Shown: one piece after another, positions 24,626 through 32,000 of the stretch
Numbering within the stretch: the stretch's first letter is position 1
How the letters are laid out: every line of letters starts with the position of its first letter
Assembly: GCF_018389705.1 (NCBI RefSeq)
Contig: NZ_CP065581.1
Coordinates: 300,001-332,000 of the forward strand
From: Mycoplasma mycoides subsp. capri
GTDB lineage: Bacteria > Bacillota_I > Bacilli_A > Mycoplasmatales > Mycoplasmataceae
Reading direction: 5' to 3'
Length of the DNA: 32,000 nt
Position numbers and translations under genes: made by a program
Notes under the pieces: generated by a model
Told to the model about the DNA's origin: nothing
The model's database searches: none
Seen by the model: the letters and a program-made list of their open reading frames with translations, nothing else

Positions 24626-25450
24626 ATGCCAGAACTACCAGAAGTTGTTACAGTCACAAATACAATCAAACCAAAAATTATAAATAGAACTATTTTAAAT
24701 TCACAAATATTTACAAATAAAATCATTTCTTCAACTAGTGTTGATCAATTTATTAATTTAACAAAAAATCAAAAAATCTATGATGTTTATAATCTAGCAA
24801 AATATATTGTTATTGAATTAAAAGAACACGTAATTATTTCTCATTTAAGAATGACTGGTAAATGAGTAATTGAAAATTCTGATCAATATGCTTATAAAAA
24901 GTCATGATTAAGAGCTGAATTATTATTAGATAATAATTTAGTTTTTAGATTTTATGATATGCGCGGATTTGGAACTTTAAATCTTTATAATAAACAAACT
25001 TTTTTAAAAGACTCACATTTAGATAAATTAGGACCAATTCCTTTAAATAATCAAACTAGTGTTGATTATTTATTTAATAAATTACAAAAATCTAATAAAG
25101 CTATTAAAACAGTTTTACTAGATCAACACGTTATCAGTGGATTAGGAAATATTTATGTTAATGAAGTATTATTTTTATCAAAAATTAATCCTTTAACTAA
25201 TGCTAATTTAATAACAAAAGATCAAACTAATCAAATTATTAAAAATTGCGAAACTGTTTTAAGTCAAGCAATTTTATTAAAAGGTACTACAATTAGTGAT
25301 TTTGAATCACTTCCAGGAATAACTGGTGGTTATCAAACTAAACTTTTAGTACATATGAATAATAAAAATTGTAAAATTTGTGATACTAAAATTTCTAAAA
25401 TAAAAGTTAATGGAAGAGGAACATATTATTGTTCAAAGTGTCAAAATTAA
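24626..25450 (+). CDS. mutM: Formamidopyrimidine-DNA glycosylase
   Basis: MPELPEVVTV start, HLRMTGK, DQHVISGLGNIYVNEVLF, C-terminal zinc finger CKICDTKISKIKVNGRGTYYCSKCQ. Confidence 0.96.
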
Positions 25451-25512
25451 ATGTGGATAAGTGGATAAGATATAGATAACTACTATTTAAAACTACTATT
25501 TATAACTTCTAA

Positions 25513-25553
25513 CAAGCAATTAATTACCAATTAAAAATAATTGCTTTTTTTCT
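25513..25553 (+). terminator. Probable intrinsic terminator after mutM
   Basis: AAGCAATTA ... TAATTGCTT followed by T run. Confidence 0.65.
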
Positions 25554-25606
25554 TTTAAAAAAAATATAAACTTAGGTATTATAACTAGTAGAAAAGAGGT
25601 AAAGAT

Positions 25607-26791
25607 ATGTTAAGTAAGAACTTTTCTTATTCAGTTAGTTTAAATTTTGAACTAGACCAAGAACAATATAAGTCTTTAACTTGTTTATATCAACCTCTTA
25701 TTAGTGCTCAAGCTATAAGTTTATATTTAACATTAATTCAAGAAGTAAGAATTAGTAACATTTTAAAAGAAGAAGCCTTAGAATCAAAAAGATTATTAAA
25801 TATCACTAATTTTTCTTATAAAGAATTAATTAAAACACTAGATTTATTAAATGCTTTTAAATTAATTAAAGTTTATGTTAAAAAAAGTGATTATAGTTTA
25901 ATTAAATTTGAAATTTTAGCACCACTAAAAAGTGATGAATTTTTTAATCATACATATTTAAATAATTTATTGTTAAATAAATTAGAAGCAAATGATTATG
26001 AAATTACAAAATTTATGTTAGTTAATGAAACTAAAATCAATACTAATCAATACCAACAAATAGTAGTTGATTTAACTGATATTTATGATCAAAGTTTAAT
26101 TGCTGATATTAATATTTTTGATACTGAAGTTAATAGTTTTAATACTTATTTAAAAAAATTAAACCAATTAATAAATGTTGATTATGTATTAAATAGTTTA
26201 AAAGATAAAAATATTGATTTAGATTTTATTCAACAAAGTACTTTAAAAAGTTTATATGATTTATTAACTATTAAAAAACCTAGTGAAGATCAAATTATTT
26301 ATTTAATTACTAATTCTTATGATTTTATAAACAAAAATATTGATATAAATATTTTTAAAAAATTATTAATTAATTTAATTACTAAAAAAGAAACTAATTT
26401 TGATAATAAAGAATTACTTGATTTAATAAATCAAACTACTTGATCTGAATATAGTAAGAAAAAATATGATATTGATCTAAGTTCATATACAACTGTATTT
26501 GAAAATATTAAACAAAATTATTGTTTATCTAATGGAATAATTAATTGTTTAATTGATTTTTCTTATAAAAAAAACAATGGTCAAATTATTGTTAAATATA
26601 TAGCAAAAATTGCAAAAACTTTATTTGATAAAAACATTAACACTACTTTAAAAGTAATGCAATTTTTAAAAAATATTCAATCTAAATCTATAAATTATAA
26701 CTATGAAACAATGTTTGATTCTAATGATTTTAACTTACAAACTGAAGCTATTTTTGAGTTTAGTGAAGAAGAGTTGAAGTGTTTAGTATAG
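25607..26791 (+). CDS. dnaB: DnaB-like (DnaD-domain) replication initiation/membrane attachment protein
   Basis: FELDQEQYKSLTCLYQPLISAQAISLYLTL resembles Gram-positive DnaB N-terminus. Directly upstream of a DnaI-like loader. Confidence 0.75.
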
Positions 26792-26800
26792 AAAGTATTT

Positions 26801-27739
26801 ATGAAATTAAGTGATTATAAAAATAATGTCAAAATTAAAAAATTAATTGAAGATTCACAAAATTCAAATGACATTATTACTGATAAAGTTTTATTAGAAA
26901 ATCAAAATATTTTAGATGAATTTTTATTAAACTATAAAGAATGTAATTTAGATACAAAATGTGAACAAGTAGTTAAAAATTATCAAGTTGATTTAGTTTT
27001 TAAAGACCATCAGTTCTATTTAAAAAATGTTTTATGTGTTCATGGAAAACAAACAGAAAAACTATTTATTATTAAAAAAAATTATTGATTTTGTGATTTT
27101 GATTTAAATTTATTTCATTTAACTATTGATGAATATTTTAATACTCAACTAAATAATGCATCATTTACTTTATTAGATCAAAATGAAAAAAATATCCGTA
27201 AAACTATTTTAAAAACAATTATTAAACAAATACAAAAAGGTTATAAAAAAGGATTTTATTTATACGGTAATTCAGGAGTTGGTAAAACTTATATTTTTAA
27301 AGTTTTAGCAAACACTTTAGCTAGTAAAAATAAAACTGTAATTTTTTCAACACTAAGATCTTTAATTGATAAATTAAAAGAATCATTTAATTCTTCAGAA
27401 ATTAATTCTTTAACATTAATTAAAAAAATTAAAACTGTAGATTTCTTATTTTTAGATGATATTGGAGGAGAAAATTTAAGTTTATGAGCTAGAGATGATT
27501 TTTTATTTGAAGTATTAAACTATCGAATGGAAAATCAAAAACCAACTTTTTTTACTTCTAATTTTTCTATTGATTTATTAGAAAAAAATTTACAATTTAC
27601 TAAACAATATAATAATTTTTTAACTACTCAAGATGTTTTTAAATTAGAAAAAATTAAAATTGATCGTTTAATTTCAAGAATAAAAACTCTAGCAAAAGAG
27701 ATTAATTTGACAGGTAAAAACAAAAGACAAACCAACTAA
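26801..27739 (+). CDS. dnaI: DnaI/DnaC-like helicase loader ATPase
   Basis: P-loop GNSGVGKTYIFKVLAN, Walker B FLFLDDIGGENLS, C-terminal DRLISRIKTLAKEI. Located after the DnaB-like gene. Confidence 0.87.
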
Positions 27740-27818
27740 AATGCTTTTATTTATAAATATTCTATAAATTTATTTGTATAATTTAAAATGTTATAATTTT
27801 TTTATATGAATGAATTAA

Positions 27819-28856
<1,038 letters not shown>

Positions 28857-28862
28857 AACTAA

Positions 28863-28911
28863 AAAATCTAAACTTTTTATTATGTTTTAATAAAGGTTTA
28901 GATTTTGTTTT
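28863..28911 (+). terminator. Probable intrinsic terminator after gapA
   Basis: AAAATCTAAAC ... GTTTAGATTTT followed by GTTTTTT. Confidence 0.65.
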
Positions 28912-28971
28912 TTAATTATGAATTTATTTAAATATAGTAGAATAAGTATAACTACTATAAAAGGAGAAAAT

Positions 28972-30186
28972 ATGAATTACAATAACAAAAAAACATTAAA
29001 AGACATAGATGTTAAAAATAAAACTGTATTAGTTCGTGTGGATTTTAATGTACCAATTCAATCTGGAGTTATTACTGATGATAATCGTATAATTGCTGCT
29101 CTTCCTACTATAAATTACTTACTTGAAAATGATGCAAAAATTGTTTTATTTTCACACTTATCAAGAATTAAATCAAAAGAAGATAAACTAAAAAAATCTT
29201 TAGCTCCAGTTGCTAAAAGATTAGAAGAATTATTAAATAAACAAGTTAAATTTATTAATCAAACTAGAGGACAAGAACTAGAAAAAGCTATTAGTTCACT
29301 ACAATCTAAAGAAATTATTTTAGTTGAAAACACTAGATTTGAAGATGTTTTAGATGATCAAGTTGTTAAGTATGAATCAAAAAACAATCATGAATTAGGA
29401 AAATATTGAGCTAGTTTAGGAGAAGTTTTTGTAAATGATGCTTTTGGAACTGCACATAGAGCACATGCTTCAAATGTTGGAATTGCTTCAAATATTAAAG
29501 TCTCAGCTATTGGATTTTTAGTTGAAAAAGAACTAAAAATGTTATCACAAGCAGTTAATGAACCTAAAAAACCATTTATTGCTATTTTAGGGGGAGCTAA
29601 AGTTTCAGATAAAATTGGTGTTATTGAAAATTTATTACCAAAAGTAGATAAATTACTAATTGGTGGGGGAATGAGTTATACATTCTTAAAAGCACTAGGA
29701 AAAACTATTGGTAAATCATTATTAGAAGAAGATAAAATTGATTTAGCAAAACATTATTTAGAAATTGGTAAAGATAAAATTGTAGTACCTGTTGATACTG
29801 CTTGTGCAAAAGAATTTGCAGATGTTAGTCCAACCATTTTTGAAGGAAATATTCCTGATGAATGAGATGGATTAGATGCTGGACCAAAAACAATTGAATT
29901 ATTTAAACAAGAAATTAAAAAAGCTAAGACTATTGTTTGAAATGGACCTGTTGGAGTATTTGAATTTAAAAACTTTGAAAACGGTACAAAATCAGTGTGT
30001 CAAGCTATTGCTGAACAAACACAAAATGGTGCATTTACTTTAATTGGTGGTGGAGATAGTGCTTCAGCTGCAATTAATATGGGATTTAAAGATAAATTTT
30101 CATGAATTTCAACTGGTGGAGGAGCTTCGCTTGAATTTATGGAAGGAAAAGAATTACTAGGTATTTCTGCAATTCAAGATAAATAA
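28972..30186 (+). CDS. pgk: Phosphoglycerate kinase
   Basis: [18 protein letters not shown]-like [44 protein letters not shown]. Confidence 0.97.
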
Positions 30187-30208
30187 TTTTAATACTAATT
30201 AATGGATT

Positions 30209-30236
30209 AAAAAACTCACTTTATAGTGAGTTTTTT
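30209..30236. terminator. Bidirectional terminator between pgk and lipoprotein gene
   Basis: AAAAAACTCACT-ttat-AGTGAGTTTTTT perfect inverted repeat. Confidence 0.88.
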
Positions 30237-30750
30237 ATTGCTTGATATATTCTTTATTAACTAATATTTTAAACGCTTCCTGACACTTTAATCATTTAGG
30301 AAGTATAGAACCTCCTGTTGAATAATCAGGAATAGATATTTTTCCTAACTGAGGAGGCATGGGTTTTCTTCCTAACTGAGGAGGCATGGGTCTTCTTGCT
30401 AACTGAGGATATTGAGGACATTCTTCTAATATAGCTATTAACTCTGATTCAGTTATTGGTGTGGGTATTATTTTTAATCTTTTATCTGATTTGGACCTTG
30501 TTATGGGTTTGACATCCAATTTAGGTTTTATTTCTGGTTTTATTAATATTTTAGAAGTTGTTTCAGGATTTGTTTTAGTGTCTTTTTCACTATTGTTTTT
30601 ATTAGATTTTATTTCAAAATCATAATCATCATTCTTATTATTATTATTATTATTTAATTTAGAATTTGTTTTATTTCCGCAAGCAATTACAGTTAAATTA
30701 GTTGAAGCTATTAAACCTGTTAAACATAGTAAAGTTAGTATTTTTTTCAT
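30235..30750 (-). CDS. Putative lipoprotein with C-terminal Pro-rich repeats
   Basis: Signal/lipobox MKKILTLLCLTGLIASTNLTVIACGNK. Asn/Lys-rich linker, then ARRPMPPQL-GRKPMPPQL-GK. TGA=Trp once, TAA stop at 30235-30237. Confidence 0.85.
30342..30410. repeat. 27-bp-period tandem repeat, about 2.5 copies
   Basis: CTAACTGAGG(AGGCATGGG) recurs at 30344, 30371 and 30398 (third copy truncated/diverged). Confidence 0.85.
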
Positions 30751-30886
30751 TTAATCCCCCATCAGAAAGCATTTATTTCATATACATAAATGTTTTATTT
30801 TAGCTTTAACATCATATATAATATCAGGTTCAAAAAATACATTTTTTGTTTAAACAAAAATATCTAAAAACTAATAAAAAAATAAT

Positions 30887-30919
30887 AAAAAACTAAATCA
30901 ATTGTAGACTTAGTTTTTA
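30887..30919 (-). terminator. Probable terminator for lemA
   Basis: On the minus strand: AAAAACTAA...TTAGTTTTT followed by T-rich sequence. Confidence 0.55.
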
Positions 30920-30932
30920 AAGTTAATTATTT

Positions 30933-31601
30933 TTATTTAAAGAAATCTTGACTTGCTAGTTTTTTAGTTTCAGCACTTGCTGCAAAAGGAATTCTAGTTG
31001 TGTAATGCATTTTAGCAGCAACTATCATTTTAGCTGGTCATTCATTAATTGAACGGTTTCATTGAAAAACAGTATCATTATAAAGATCTCTAGCTGCAGT
31101 AATTTCTTTTTGTAAGTATAAGTTTTGTTGTAAAGCTTGTTTAATTGATTCATGAGCTTTTAAATCAGGATAATTTTCAATTTGTAAATGTAATCCTCTA
31201 ATAGTTGTATCTAATTGAGATGCAACATCAGATCTATTTTCATCATTTACATTAATTCCAGATCTATAAGCTGCAACTGTTTTCATAACATCTTTATCTA
31301 GTTCGATTGATTTAGATAATAATGAAGCTAAATTTTGCATAACAACAGCTCTTTGATCTAAATAGTTATCAATTTGTGAAGCATTGTGTTGTACTTTTTG
31401 TTCTAGTTGAGCTAAATGATTTTTAGCCTTAATTTTTATAAATGTAAAAATAATTCCAGGAATAATTCCTAATATTCATAATAGTATTTCAAAAACTAAT
31501 GAACCTTTTCCAACAGTTATTGGAATTTGTTTGTTAATAACATTTACCTGTCTTCCTTGTTCTAAAATAGGGTCATTCATTTCATCTAATTGGTTTGCCA
31601 T
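30933..31601 (-). CDS. lemA: LemA family protein
   Basis: N-terminal TM LVFEILLWILGIIPGIIFTFI, AQLEQKVQHNASQIDNYLDQRAVVMQNLASLL, TIRGLHLQIENYPDLKAHESIKQALQ, YNDTVFQWNRSINEWPAKMI. Confidence 0.9.
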
Positions 31602-31603
31602 TT

Positions 31604-32000
31604 TTATATTTCCTGTTCTATTATTTCAACAGCACCATATTCTGTTAAAATATCATTTTCATTGTATTTAGCTTCTACTTCTTGATCTCATAACTCATTA
31701 TCAATAGGTGAATGCTTAAAAATTTTAATTTTTAGATTAGTAATTTTATCATATGCTATATATTCATCTCAAGGAACTGGAACATCATGATATCTTCCAT
31801 CTCCTCCTCAAACTGGAATATAATCAATTCTTGGTATAATATCAAATCCAATGGAAGTTGCTTGAACATAGTCAGTACCATCTTTTTTAGCAATTAATTG
31901 TGTTTTAATAATTGAATTAGTTTTAATGTTTGGGTGATCTAATAATTCTGATGGTATTGAATTAGCACAAACTTCATACTCATAATCAGTAAGAGTTAAA
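31604..32000 (-). CDS. Hypothetical protein, C-terminal part (5' end beyond window)
   Basis: Open frame on the minus strand to the window edge, ending ...NELWDQEVEAKYNENDILTEYGAVEIIEQEI*. Tight junction with lemA. Confidence 0.75.

Overview
AT-rich mollicute chromosome segment. UGA is read as Trp throughout: most long genes in the supplied ORF track are split only at in-frame TGA, and a tRNA-Trp(UCA) gene is present. Gene content and order suggest the Mycoplasma mycoides/capricolum group (inference from remembered synteny, not searched). From left to right the window holds: leuS 3' end; an uncharacterised multi-TM protein and a small membrane protein; a minus-strand ABC transporter pair; a small membrane protein; a complete agmatine deiminase pathway (putrescine carbamoyltransferase, APC antiporter, agmatine deiminase, carbamate kinase); tRNA-His; a two-gene uncharacterised module; acpP; a Fur-family regulator; tandem tRNA-Trp(UCA)/tRNA-Trp(CCA); two degV paralogs; a frameshifted ytpR; pncB; tyrS; dnaE; polA; mutM; DnaB-like and DnaI-like replication genes; gap; pgk; a Pro-rich repeat lipoprotein; lemA; and a partial hypothetical. 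I do not see convincing evidence of a wholly new biological system; this is mostly housekeeping sequence. The items most worth a second look are the ytpR frameshift at an A8 run, the terminator-like hairpin between the two tRNA-Trp genes, the A16 tract and internal hairpin of the agmatine operon, the uncharacterised pair at 11608-13027, and the 27-bp repeat in the lipoprotein gene.
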